This document shows, in pieces, positions 27,167 through 41,565 of a stretch of DNA of 64,000 bases. Position 1 is the first letter of the stretch. Every line of letters starts with the position of its first letter. A model generated the notes under the pieces. The model made no database searches. It was not told the origin of the DNA and worked only from the letters and a program-made list of their open reading frames with translations. The DNA comes from Azolla caroliniana (lineage: Eukaryota > Plantae > Polypodiophyta), in NCBI GenBank assembly GCA_043228905.1, contig JBHGNT010000016.1, positions 5,394,001 through 5,458,000 on the forward strand, read 5' to 3'. A program made the translations under genes and the position numbers.

Positions 27167-30160
27167 TTCTCGACATGTTCAAGCCCATCTTTCCTCGTTT
27201 GATTCTTCCTTGCCTTTAGAGAACCTCACTACAGAACTCACACACATCCTTCACTCAGCCGCCACTAGTAGCTTCCCATACACGAAAGACTCCAATCATA
27301 GTAGAATAGGGTCTATGCCACAAAACAAGTGGTATGACGAGGATTGTAGAGAGTTGTATAGACAACTTAAAGTATCGCGACTCAGTGGTACTATCTCCTT
27401 AGTACAGGCTCGCAAAGAGATGCGCAAGATGACACGTCGTAAAAGACGAGCTTGGGAAGCATCCCAATATTGGGAACTCTACCATATGCTCATGAGTAGG
27501 GATTGTGCCCTTGCATGGAAGAGACTACGGGAACCGAGACCACAAACACCCATCGAGGATCCCAATATTTGGCACACATATACCGAGAGACTCTACCATG
27601 TCCCGAACCAACCACCCATTCCAATGCCCTCCACACCTCGACCTACCATGGGGACACTTTTCACGACCTCTAGGGTCACGAAGGTCATAAAAAAATTACA
27701 ACATAGGAAATCCATGGACCACACAGGATTGCGAGCCGAGCACATCATATATGCTCGAGAGTGCCTAGCTCCCCTTCTCACTCTAATCTTCAACCGCGCC
27801 CTCGCCGAGGGTTTTCCACCACAATGGGCCATGAACACTGTGGCCCCTATACATAAAGGAGGGGACCCAATGGACCCAAATACATATAGGACCATTATGA
27901 TAGGTCATACGCTTGCTAAACTATATGGTGCAGTAATGGAAGCGGAGCTCAGTGATTATATGGAAACATTAAGTCTTCGAGCACCTGAGCAGGCTGGCTT
28001 TAGACGAGCCTTCTCCACTATTGACCACATCTTTACACTTAGGTGCTTAATTGACCAAACAAAGGCTCGTAAGAAGAAACTATATTGTTGCTTTGTGGAC
28101 TTTCGCAAAGCCTTTGATACAGTTCCTAGGGAGAGGTTGTTTGATAGACTTAAGAGCTTGGAGATACCAAATGACATGATTTGGGCCATTTATGCCCTAT
28201 ATGAGCAAGTCTATGGGCGCGTAAGATGCCCAGGTGGCCTATCCGATTGTTTCACTAGCACCATTGGTGTAAAACAGGGTTGCCCCCTATCACCGACTCT
28301 TTTTGGGATCTACATTGATGAGATCACTGATTTTATTGCTCGTAAGGGAGGCAAAGGAGTGGCTATTGGGGATACGCAAGTTAGTCTCTTACTCTACGCA
28401 GACGACATTGTCTTGCTCTCGGAGTCGGAACACGACCTACAAAAGCATCTTAATGCCCTAGATGACTTTTGTACACAACGAGGACTGGTAGTGAATCTAG
28501 CGAAAACTAAAGTCCTTATCTTTCATACATCGTCCAGAGTTAGGAGTAAATGTCACCTCATCCTCTCTCATAAACTAGTTGAGGTGGTGGGATCTTATGT
28601 ATACTTGGGAGTCACTTTTAGTGCTCGCTCAGGTAAATTCTCGATGACCCAGGCAGCCAAAGATAGGCTAACGAGAGGATATGCATCCCTCTCACTCTTA
28701 GAGAGACAATGCCACCAAGCATACTTTCAAGAGCCACGGACTAAGGGATGGCTTTTCGACTCATTAGTGACCCCGTCCCTCATGTATGCATCAGTAGTAT
28801 GGGCTCCAGGTCTACCATCTTTCATGTGGACGCAATTGGAGAGACCTTTAGTGGTGATGTTATCACGTCAACTCCGAAGCAAATCGACAGTACCACATGA
28901 CATTATTAGAGCGGAGTTTAGCCTACCCCCGATGTTAGTAGAAGCACTCTTTCAAGTGGTAGCTTTTATTCATCGGATACATAGTCAACCACAAGATAGG
29001 ATATCCCGTCGAGCCTTTGAGGCATCCCGATCCTTACATGTGTCTGGAGACACCAACTCTTGGTATAGCATTGTGGTGAGTTGGTTATTTGCAAATGGCA
29101 TAGACATTAATAACCTACCTCCCCTTAAGTACAACCATGGGACTGATCAAACTTTAATCTCTCGTGAAGATCGTAATAAAGTGATACGCCAAGACATATG
29201 GCAAATCTACACTCGATACAAATGGATCACCCCACGAGAGCCACTCCCATCTAAAATGGTGTACTATAAGGAACACTTCTTGCACTTCTCTAAGTTAGGG
29301 TTTATTACACGACCAAGATACCTAGATACTTTCTTATCAAATGCACTAAGGGTGGCCATTGGACAACTTAGGATATCATCTCACCAACTTGAGATTGAGA
29401 ATGGTCGAGCTAATAGAGTCCCTAGAGAGGAAAGGCTATGTAGGTTATGCCACATAGAGATAGAGGATGAGTATCACTTCACATGCAAGTGCCCAACTTA
29501 TGCCGAGATACGGGCGGAATACCAAGACATACTAGGACCCTCTCCCACCCTCTCCAAACTATTAGATACCCCGAGTGTAAAGAGACTAGGTAGGTATATC
29601 TTAGAGCTAAAACAACATAGGGAGGATAAATTACAAAGTGTTAATCATAACCCTTTTACTACTCATCAACATGTACCTAGTGTAATTTTTCAGGAACATG
29701 GGGAGACGATGAATGTGGATACACTTATGCCGCTCGGCCTCTCCCTTGAGGAAGCAGAAATACAAAGAGCAACCAAACGTCCTCGGATGTTGGGCTTCAA
29801 CACAAGTCAACGTGGAGTAGAAAAGATTAAGAAGATAAGGGAACGTGAGCTACGCCGACTCGAAGCTATGGTTGGGGTACCTCTTACATGGGGACCACGG
29901 GCCACATCCACATCATGGCAACCCTTTGACCCCCCGCTTCTCTTCGAGAGACTTGGATGGAAATGAAATTAGGCCTAGTATAGAATCATTCTCATTGTAG
30001 AACATGTTTTTTATATAGAACATGTTTGTTGTTTTCTTAGAACTATTTAGCTTAAACTCTATTTTATCTTATTTTTATTTTTACTTTCGATGAATGGGTA
30101 AATATCCCATTTTTGTTGTACACCATTTGTCTCATGGGCCAATTTTGGCCTTAGAAGACG
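27167..30160 (+). mobile_element. 5'-truncated non-LTR retrotransposon (LINE, RTE/RTEX-like) with an uninterrupted 918-codon ORF2 segment (27210-29966)
   Basis: RT motifs PIHKGGDPMDPNTYRTI, QAGFR, FVDFRKAFDTV, GVKQGCPLSPTLF, LLYADDIVL, YLGV; C-terminal LRISSHQLEIE..R...ERLCRLC...EDEYHFTCKCPTY zinc-knuckle-like motif. No APE endonuclease or ORF1 upstream. The 3' end runs into a (CT)n(AT)n tract. Clade assignment and boundaries are approximate. Confidence 0.92.
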
Positions 30161-30166
30161 TTAATA

Positions 30167-30234
<68 letters not shown>

Positions 30235-30420
30235 AATATATCATATATGTATGTATGTATATCAATATGTATAATGTATGTATGTATATGTATACAGTAT
30301 ATGTATGTATGTATGTATATCTTTGGAGGTGAATGCACTTGGGAGGATAAGTAAAAGCCCATTCTACTCTGATTGGCAGATACACAGACACAGAGACGGT
30401 CACAGTTACAGAAGGAAGCT

Positions 30421-30944
30421 ATGGTGATCCTCGTCCACTGCCCTGCATCGCTCGGCCTCTCCTCTCCTCTCAATGTCTACTTCAACCCTCGCCTCCCCGC
30501 CCCTCCACGCAACCGCCTTCCATTCACATCCAAAAGGTTGGGCGATTTGTTTTCCTTCATTTCTTTCTTTCTTTTGCTTGCTCCCTTGCATTCATCTCAT
30601 TGATGTATGCACATATATATGTTGCATTTTATGTGTTTTTATGTTTATGTGTGTGTATATCTGTATATATATATATATATATACATATGCATTGATAGTA
30701 TATTTATTCATGTGTATGTCTCAAGTTTTGTATGTGGCTGAACCATCGACTTCTGAAGTCAGTAAAAAGTTTATCACACTCATTTAATCGGTGTAACAAA
30801 TTAATCAATTGTTTACCTCTCAGTTCTCATATTGTACAGTTACTCTTACTGTAAGATCTTAACTTCTATGCACAAAGTAGGAGAAATATAGGAGTTACAC
30901 CCATGAACACTGAAAAGACATTGATTGCAGGAAACAATGATGCA

Positions 30945-30976
<32 letters not shown>

Positions 30977-31887
30977 GGTTCTCATAACTTAGTCAATCCA
31001 AAAATAATAATTGTGCTTAAATTATGATAACATGCTAACTGTCACAGGGTTAGAACTTATATATGCATTATGAAACCTTGGGATCCCTGGATAAAGTCTC
31101 TTAGGGAAAAACTCCCAATACCCCTAAAATTTCCTTTATTTATCCAAATGCCCTAGTTAATTCCCAACAAAGAAAAAAGGGATGAATTGACCATATGATT
31201 GCTCTAAATTGCACATATGATCAAGCAAAATGGGATGCATTGACCATAAAATTGCTCAAATAGTGCATATAATTTCTTGACATGGGATTGACAAAGGGTA
31301 TTTGGGGAATCAGGAAAACTTAGGAGCATTTGAGGAAATAAAGAAAAATCCAGTATATTCAGAGCTTTTCCCTAATTTTTATTCAAACCAATCATTTTCA
31401 TATGTTCTTCTATGGTTATCATCCTTCATATTTCTATTTTTTCAGTCATCCACTCATGCTAGGTTCTGCATCCTCTTTTTTTCTAAACATCCTACCAACT
31501 CAATGTAGTTATTATAAAGGCATATCTGAACATTCATTGCTCTTTTTCTTACCCTTGATGTTTTCATTCAATACTAATAAGGTCTCCACATACCATTAAT
31601 TTCATAGATTGAATAAGTTATTCATTGGATAGAATTCTAATTTTTCATAGATTGCATCACTCTCATTCCTAAAGTAAAGAGTAATTCTGTGAGAACTGAG
31701 AAAACACATCTAGCTAGATATGCCTACCTTGTAGACAGCCATATCCTCTCTGGCTGTCCAATTTCCCATTTCATTCATGATTCCAAAGTGTTTTACTTTT
31801 GAGAGGAAAATGTTGAGCACAGCGTCATATATATGTATGTACATACATAATGTGTATATTATATATATATATATATATGTACATACA

Positions 31888-31923
<36 letters not shown>

Positions 31924-34900
31924 CACACACACACACACACATATATGGCGCCATGCTCAGCACTCTGCCTTTGTGCGGAGCGGTAGCACTGTTGCAGTCC
32001 ACCAAGCATGTAGGGCCATTATTGTACCCACAAGGGTTTACAATGACAGTGGTGAAACCGCCTAGCATGATGGTTATGCTAAAAAGTTATTGGAATGATT
32101 AGAATGTAATTAGCTAACAGTGTTGCTGTGTTAACAGTTCAGCAATTGTATGGAATTAACTACCTCGAGTGTGATTTTGAGGGTATTAGCTAGTTTGGAG
32201 GGTGATAAGGTAATAATGTAATGTGACTAATAGATAATCCATTCTTGCAATTGCCAACTTCACTTCGGTTATGAACAATATTGTCAGAGAATTGTGTGTA
32301 AGAATGGAGACAATATATATCCTTTATTTGTACTCTTTATGAAGTTTTATCTAAAACATCACATCAAATTTGGGGTATTGTAATATCTCTCTGAAGTTAT
32401 TGCCAAAGTATTTGGTCATGGATTTATTTATTTCTTAACATCTTTACCCAGGTGGAACTTGGAAAATGCAGTGGCAAACAGCAAAAGGACTTTCCATTTG
32501 AAAGCATCACCAGAAGATACCGAAGGCAGGTCTGAGGATGATATACCAGCGGACCAGGTTATAACTTGCATTTTAATTTAAAGATTCTATTTTTGTTTCT
32601 AGAATTACGATTTCAGATCTCAGAAAAACAAGTTTCATTTCTGATGTATCAAATAAAGGTGAACTTCAATTGCAGCAATCTAGGATAATTGTTTACTAAT
32701 ACCTTTGCTAGTGCGTTGGGTGTTCCTCTAGTGGCTAGTGTCATAAGTTGGTGTTATTAGAAACATAAGTGGAGAAACTTGTGGCTTATTATCAGATTAG
32801 GGGTACATGGTAGTCTATACATGAGTGCAAGCATTGTGTAGTTTCATGTCATCTTGTCTAGAATTAATTCAACTTCGAACTTGGTCTTCTTATGACTATG
32901 CCTTATTTCAACTTCTCTCTCATACATCTTAGGTTTCACATATATAGATTAGTATAGGCATAGTTTTGGAAGTTATATTTATGCTGGATGGGGTGCGTTA
33001 TGGTAGAAAACATATTGCCCTTTGTTCTTGTACAGGAACTATCAAGTGATTGTAAACATTGCACTGCCAACAGGGTGATGCAGAGGTTAAGGCTGAGGTA
33101 GATGAAGGAAATGGAACGGACGCCGTATCTGAGAAGGTGCTATTCCCATCTCTTCATTTTCATTCTCTTACTCTACAGATGTCTTATGTGAAGCCATTTT
33201 TGGAGTACTACAGAATATGGAAGAGCCATTGCGAAGTGGCTCACTTCTTCCTGGTGTGAAGGTGAGAATGAAACGTTTATTTGTGGTTTCTTTTGAAATG
33301 TTCATGCTTTATTTTTTTCATGAGTTTTCCTTTCGTATTGTGCAATTTGTTGAAGGCTTCTGGAGACATTGGACAGATTCCTAAGAATGTGATTGACATT
33401 TTACGAGATCAAGTATTTGGGTTTGACACATTCTTTGTGACAAGTCAGGAACCTTATGAGGCAAGATCATCACGTCAATTGTTGATTCAAAATCTATTGT
33501 TATTTGGATTTTGACACTTTGTAAGAGGTTTAAGCGTTCTCTGTTTGTATTGCTTGGCTGTCTTTATTTTAATGTTTTTTCTTCATCTCCTGTGATTCCT
33601 ATCTAACCTTTTGCAATCCATCTCTTTGACTTTTCTTTGGATCTGATCTTCTGCCTGTCTTCCTGCTTCCAGAAGAAAATATTGTGCTAATTATTCTGTG
33701 CTTTGTACCTAGTACATGTCCTTTTGACAATTTCTTTTATTCAGGGTTGGTAGGGACATGTGCTATCTAAGTGAGCTTTACTAGATCCCACATGAAGGGA
33801 ATTCAAGGCTAGATGGAATATGTGCTATTGAAAGACAGTTTTACTACAAAGTAGCAAGATCAGTAGAATTAAGAGAAATAATCATAGAACCTTGGGTTAT
33901 CATTATCTTTCTTTTTTCATTGTCCTTTCAGTGCCAAAAGTTACTGAATTCAGAATGATTTGCTTGAAATTAAGTTACGGATGCAATATTTCTCCTAAAG
34001 TTAGTGTCCCTAGGGAAGACCAATGGAGTGGGCCAAAGGGCCTTTTAAAGATATACTTTTTCCTGATTATATCACTTATGGGATAGTTTTGCATCATGTA
34101 GCTAACCTGAAAGAGGTAACAGAATATATAGCTCCACTTTTCCTAATTATCATATTAATCAGTAAATCTCACATATTATCTACACTTGTGTCAGGGTGGT
34201 GTTCTTTTCAAAGGGAATCTACGAGGTGATGCTTCAAAGAGCTACACAAAAATAAAGACACGATTGGAGGTGAATGAGAATGTTACAGTTTTCTAATCAA
34301 TGAGCATTATATTATTCCAATCTTTAGTCACAGAACTTGTTCACCAGGATAAGTTTGGAGATCAATATATGGTCTTCCTTTTGTATAATCCTGAAGAAAA
34401 CAAGCCGGTGGCAATTATCACCTTGAAAGAACTGGTGGAGCCAGATCCTCCAAGTAAGAATTTTGGAATCTTCTTAAACAACAACGTTTATCCTTATCTA
34501 ATTAAAATGAAATATCAATCCTTGTTGAATTCGAACAAATCACTTTGGCCCATCATAGGAATACCCGAGTGGATTCCTGTAGCTGCTTTTGGCTTGGTTT
34601 CTATATACACGATTCTTGTGAGGAACTCACCTTCGTTGCAACTGGATTTCTTGTGAGTTTTCCTTCACCACAACTAGATTTCTTTTAAGTTTCTTGTTTG
34701 TATGCTGAAACGTAAAAATGATTCTAGTCACTTGGCATAAAGATAAATGCACTACCACCATTCAAAGATTGCTTGGATTGTCCACAGCTGAATATGTACA
34801 AAGTAGAAAACAATAGAGTGACCTAAACTGATATCATCAAATAGGATAATGAAAAGCATGGGTTAGCCCCACAATGTTGCTTAAGGCACCCTTTTTACAC

Positions 34901-37900
34901 ATGTTTCTAGATGGATTTATCATCAAGCCTTCGTATATGGATATACATCTATCTCATATGCAATGTGATAGGGTTGCTTAGGACCTTGCCACATCAGCTA
35001 GTGATTGAGACAGTCAGATGTACAAACAAATCTATGGAAGAACAGATCTGCCAGTTGTCTCATCAGGGTGGAATTGGAAGAATTCTTGTTTGCCATTGTG
35101 CTGTTTTTTTATGAGAAAGAGGCCGATAGCACTCCGCTTTAAACAAGGCTTCACCCCATTATGGAAGGTCATGGAATACGACGACCAACAGTGCTTGGGA
35201 TTGTTCTTGATAGAACTCAAAGAGGCTTTGGGGGAAGTTGTTGAAGGACAACAATGCAGCCACAACAGCTCATTAGGAAAGAAAAATAAAAAATTTCCTT
35301 ACTCAAATCACTCCTCATGCTACAAGTCAACCAGGACATTTGAAAGAGGTTACAATTGACTAGACAATAGTAATTTGTTGTGCACTTGGGCCCAGCCTTG
35401 TTATCCTCTCATGGACAGATAAAGACCATTATCATCGAGCACTGAAGGTGCTTCCTTCATTCCAGAGACCTCTCCATCTTGGATCAGCCCATGCCGGAGA
35501 TCTTTCAAAGGCAGAAGTTTCAATATATCTTCAGTATGTAGCTAATGAGACTCTTTGGTACCTTATATTTACTTATATTGATTTATTTTGGTTTGTTGCT
35601 CTCAAAGATGAAACAAAATTTTAAGTGCACTCTTTCATCAGTCTCGTATGCCAATTTGGCCTTTCAAAGATGACACCATATGTTTCTTTTTTCTAATTTT
35701 TCCTTCCCAAGTACAATTTGATTGGTGACCAATTAAGAATTTAACAAGAAGCTAGTTTATATAATGCTAGAAAAACTGCAGTACATTATTCTCACCTTCC
35801 AAAGATTTCCATCATCTAGAAAAAATAATATGGTCTCAGGAAAAGCTGATCAGTGCTTGCTATAGTATCAGCATGGCCATATTGGTTGGGCTACTCTAAT
35901 TACAGCTATACAAGTCCCTTCTTTGAAGTGGTTTGAGTCTGGCAAGCTGTGCTGCTCCAAGATACTGACATAGAGGAAGATTAACTTATGTCTCTAGTTA
36001 GTGATGGGCATTGGGCTCTCTGAAATAATAAACGTTGCTGTATTTGCATTTTTCAGGGCAAGTTTGACCAATTCTCAGGCTCTTTTGGAGGGTATTCCAG
36101 GAGCATTAGTGACCTGTGTGATATTAGCAGCACATGAAGCAGGTCACATCTATGCTGCAAAAGAAGTTGGTGCTAAGCTTGGTTTTCCATATTTTGTGCC
36201 CAGTCTGCAGGTAAAATTACTGAAATCTGCATGTTTTGTAGGTGAATATTATTAATCGAGAGGATTGGGTAGCTAAACCAACATCTTGTTTTGTTTTTGC
36301 ATTTTGACAGTATAAATTTGCAAGAGCTGAGATGTTACAAACCTAATTGCATTCTCTTAATTTTAGCATTACAGTCTAGAAAAATCTGTCTAAAAAATGA
36401 AGTAAATAGCATATTAGTAGCTTGACTCTAAAATAATTGGAACACAAGCTCTAGTTGTGGTAGACGTACATATTGAACTAATGATTTCATGTGATATATC
36501 AGTAGATTGAATTAATGCTTTCATAGTCCTCAGAAGTTCAAAGAATCAATGTACAATCTCCATGATGTGTTCATAATGTTATGTGTTTTCCTTATTGTTG
36601 CAACCGTTGTGCTAATGCATCTTGATATATGGGGTTTGCATGTTTATCTTTATTCTTTGTTGGTTCTCACCTCACATTGAGGTTTCTCACTAGTAATATA
36701 AGTATCACGAAAAAAAGGAACTATATTCTCCATGGCTCTTCTTATCTTAGGAATGACTTTAAAACTTGTTTTCCTTCACAGCTTGGCTCATTTGGAGGCA
36801 TAACGAGAGTGATGAACACATTAACTACGCGACAGGATCTATTGAAAATTGCTGCAGCAGGACCTTTGGCTGGAACTTTTATGGCGTTGTCCCTGATAGT
36901 GATTGGATTTCTCCTTCCACCAAATGAAGGGCAAGGAATACTTGTGAATGGAACTGCATTCCATGACTCCTTTCTCGTTGGTTCTCTTGGTAAAAGCTTA
37001 TTCCTTTCTCAGATAGGCAAAAAATGAGGATGGAAACTATTATGTTGTTAATCAGAAAACAAATTGCCTTTATATTGTATCAGCGAAACTTTTCTTGGGG
37101 AATGCTCTCAAAGAAGGTGAGAATATTAGTATGAACCCTCTAGTGCTATGGGCATGGGCAGGGCTCCTCATCAATGGGATCAATAGTATACCAGTGGGTG
37201 AGCTTGATGGAGGCCGAATCTCGCAGGCTTTGTGGGGACGAAAGGTATGTATATTTCAGTCATGTGTTAAGAGAAAGTGCCCTGTGTATATACTTACTAT
37301 TTACAAATTAAAATTGAACTTGAAAAAAGATAATGAAAACAAAAATAACAAGCATAAAGCTGAAACGAAAAAGGAAAAGAAAATATCAACAGCATAAGAT
37401 GGCTAGTTCATATATAATATCATTTTTGTATGATACTTTAAGGCATTGAAAAAGGGGGCATGGGTGGCTCCAACCCCCAATGGTGCGGCGTAACCAAGGA
37501 GAGCAAGGAAGAAGAGAGATGAAGATAACACACATTTTGATTTAGCAAAAGACTCTCAGATTACAAAACGTTAGCATTTTACAAGCTTTTGTCATATAAT
37601 TGTCGTGAGTCTACAGTCCATAATTCATGTAGATGAAAGGATTAACAGAGGTACATACATTACAAAATCCTTCCTTTAACGTGTGGGATATTTAGAGAGT
37701 AGCGTGCTATGGATTTCCAATTATCTAAGTAACTAAGGATGAATCTGATATACTTACAAAACCCTCCCAACTCCGCTGGCTGACTTGGTCGGAAAAGGGG
37801 GAAAGGAAAACAAAGGAAAAAATGTTTTCTTTCCTATACTATTTTGTTTTGTTTTGTTTTTGGAAGTTATAATCTCTTTGTTGTTTGCTGAACCAGGTAT

Positions 37901-38124
37901 GGAGTCGGCTGAATGGAGTTTCAATTGCCTTGCTAGGGTTTAGTGCACTCTTTAGTGACGTTTCCTTATATTGGGTAGTTTTGGTAATTTTCCTTCAAAG
38001 AGGTCCCATGACACCACAGGCAGAGGAAATATCGAATCCAGACGCTGCACATGTAGCTGCTGGGATTGCTGTTCTTGTTCTCTCTTTGATCATCTGTCTC
38101 CCCTTCCCCTTCCCATTATCATGA
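30421..38124 (+). CDS. EGY2: EGY2-like chloroplast zinc metalloprotease (peptidase M50/S2P), ~487 aa; exons 30421-30536, 32452-32557, 33074-33136, 33214-33261, 33356-33460, 34195-34269, 34348-34453, 34559-34652, 36057-36210, 36782-36989, 37084-37244, 37897-38124
   Basis: Transit-peptide-like exon 1; SGSLLPGVK; IPKNVIDILRDQVFGFDTFFVTSQEPYE|GGVLFKGNLRG; HExxH (HEAGH); GSFGGITR; AAAGPLAG; NSIPVGELDGGRI (NxxPxxxLDG); FLQRGP. Phases are consistent. The first three exons are less certain. Confidence 0.88.
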
Positions 38125-41100
38125 AAATAGAGGGACACCAAAATTTGGCTTTTCTTTTCTTTTCTTTTCTTTTCTTTTCGACCTTTGTATATTTTTGTTC
38201 AGATCATCTACTTTGTATATTGTATAACTAACCTCAATTCTGCACCACATGTCTTATGTTCATATCTTTCTCTTTGTATTCATGAATCATGATATCCGCA
38301 CTTTTAAAGGAGTGGTTCCTTGGGCAAAAAGGTAGTTATTATCAATCATCCTGTCTTCTTTTTAATAATTCTTATAATAGCATAATTAATTTTTTAACAA
38401 TCATTTACATATTGTGTCTTTAAGTATCTTTAGATGTTCAGGTTCTTTCTACCAGAAACTTCAATATCCATAAATTATTACACTAATCCCTCAATATAAT
38501 TCATGGATAATTTAGTGCAAGTGGCCAATCCCTGAATATAATTTATAGCACAGAATTGTACCACAAAGACCACCATACAACCCAAACAAAACCCTTCTAG
38601 ATGTAAACAATTCTAGTAAGACGATAAGTTTTACTTTTTGCTATGCATGTGCACGCCTTGTTCAGGATCTAAAATTGTGTGGTCTGAACCACACTTTTGA
38701 ACATTATTTCATGCATTCAAAAATATATGCTTGGTAAAAACCAGAATGCAAGACTTGCAAAATTTGTTACAATGTTAAGGAAGTGTTGATTCTAGAAGCT
38801 AGTAAATTGTGCATTGACTTCAGATAGAATCTTTATGATCTCCTTGTATAAAACTTGGTAAAGCAATTTGTTATCTGAGGTTAATCAATTCCCATATGTT
38901 CATGGTGATCCCACTTAAATCTCCACACTCAGGTCTTATATTGTCAATTATTGATACTTTACAAATAAAGAGAGACATTCTAGTTGAGCTATCACAATTG
39001 TGACAAAACAAATATGCAAAATAATACATGAGCGTTTCGTATAGAAAGAGAATTTCTACATCAACTAGCATCTCCTCTATAACCCATTATTTGCAATCTT
39101 GCGTATGAAATTGTATGTGTCAAGTTCACCAACTCACTAACCATGACTGTTGGCAGTAATGACCTGTGTAAGTTTACCATCTCACTAAATATCACTATTG
39201 GTCCACATAGGCCTAGTACAAAAAGAAAGAAATTGTACATGATTACAATCTTAATTAGGTTTTCCAAAGAGTTGTAGGCGTCAACATACAACATTTCCAC
39301 CAACAAAGACAAAAGGTTAAACTCATGCTAGATACGCTACCTTGACACCGAAAAACAGTTATGGGGGTTTTTAGGGTTACGCGAGATATTAATGAATGTT
39401 CATTAAGATGTTTGCCAAGACAGAGAGACTCCTATATAGGCAACTTATACAGGTTTAATGGACAGTGAAATGTACAAGGTCCTTTGAATTACAATGACTT
39501 GACATACTAACAAAGACTAGCACAAAGATTTTTGCCAATGTTCCATTGGTCATGGAAATTAGAGGTCACATCATATTTTTCTAATCTGAAAATGTGAACC
39601 GAGCATTAATAAAATCGTTGTTTATCTCTAAACTGTAAAAAACTTAATAAATTTCTCTGCATAATCGTTGATTTGTATATTCATAAAATCACTTCATACT
39701 CAAATAAAGAACACAGATGCTGACTCCTAGATATTTTTTTAAATTTGGTTTAATAAAGGTTTTTTCATAAGCCTTGATGAGGAATGAGTAAAGAGAAGAT
39801 TGTGCATCATGGAATATTGTCGGATATTGACAAGATGGAATTAAATGTGTCATTTATGAATTTGTTCAACCAAGGATATATAATCAAATATTAGACCAAA
39901 AAAATGAGAGATGCAAATGCTTTCAACCATAAAATCCTAATTATTCAGCCTCACTTGTATCCATCCACGTAAGAAAATCTGTTAGACTTTGACTTAATTG
40001 AGTGGGTGCAAAGACTTCAATACCAAAACAAATAATGTGCTATAGATTCCAAAAGTAGGTAGAAGAAAGTATATTATAGAGAATACATGCATAAGTAAAC
40101 CACACATGCTTTGACATTACCACCTTCATAGTCAAAAGGCCATAATCATATATATGTTGTGAACTTGTCAGCAAATTTTCTTGATTTAGAGGTGAAGGAT
40201 CTCCCCTCATGGTTTAATGTAGGTGAGATGTGTTGTAATTTGTAACAGATTTTCCTAGAAAGCCATGTCTCATTGATCTTTTGTTCCATGGACAAGCAAA
40301 AGGGCCATGTAAGTCTTATGTACATATGTGATGACTGTTTTTGATCGGTTGCATATGAGAGTCATCATGTGTTGCAATACATGTGTGAGAATCATGGGGA
40401 ATGTCCATGTGTGCCTCTTATGCATATGTAGACTTTTGCCAATGAAGCAATTATGAATTTTGAAGGGGGGAGTGCAAAGTCTGATAACTCTGAATACAGG
40501 GAAAAAAGAAAACTGAAACTTATTTAAAAGAATTCTCTTCTCCTTCTCATAGAGTTTTGTTCATTCACACCACGGAAGGATTGTCAAACTACCAAGATAA
40601 GTTTTGCAATACATCATCGATAAACAGTAACACTGGTGAATATGGAGAATCATTCTCCTGGTGATTTTTACTCAAAGAATAAATTACCATCTCTACGAAG
40701 AAGTTGCATCGAAACAAGTATGACCCCCCCAGTGACCCTCGAAAAAATCAAACATTTCTGATATTTCCATTATCCTATCTACAATCCAATGACTATGCCC
40801 CTCCATCTCTCAAGCATATCATCATTCCATTGCCAAAACCACTGATAGAATCCAAAGAATTGGTTGCAAAACGATAAGAGGCCAATTAAAAGACCTTATA
40901 ATAGTTGAATTACAAAAAAACACTCATGATCCATGAGCAGAAGTATGACAGTCAAGCCACAAAAAAGAGCGTAGATTTAGATACAAAAGATTATACAATA
41001 ATGCATTAGTTTGTAGTATATTCTCGAGGTTTTTCGATTCCTTTGTTTTGTTCTTTGTTCTGGAGTAATCTCGATTGTTTCATTTCTTTCTAATTTTTCT

Positions 41101-41565
41101 CGAGCTGTTGTGAAGACTTTTGAATTTGGGAGGTCGAATCTCGACCAAGTGCGCACGTTTGTATATAACATTTGTGAAATAAAAATAAAAATAATAAGTA
41201 AACTAATAATAACAGCAATATTCCTGTTCCTCCTTCTCCAAGCAAAATAAGCACAAAATATTTTACTCTGTTTTGTTTTCCTTTTGATTCTGACCTGCAA
41301 AACAACCAAGATTTCATCTACAATTTCTTTGTGAAAAGCCTGATATTTGATGGGTCTATGATCAGAAACATAAGCATTTTTCATATTTTCAGGCACAATT
41401 GATAAATATTTATTCACATAAATTTGACAGATCTATGCAGTTAGTTTTATTCCTATTTTATCATCATGTTTACTTCATATGCAATTTGTTTGATGTTATC
41501 CATTGATTTGTGTGTGAAGAGTCATTTACCAGTATAGTTATAAAATATATGTATTGGAGAGCCAA

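Noticed and set aside
40977-41417. 146-aa minus-strand ORF as terminal exon or separate gene
   Set aside because: AT-rich and UTR-like. A nearer in-phase terminal exon (41628-41566) closes the CCCH model. An alternative acceptor at 41295 cannot be excluded.
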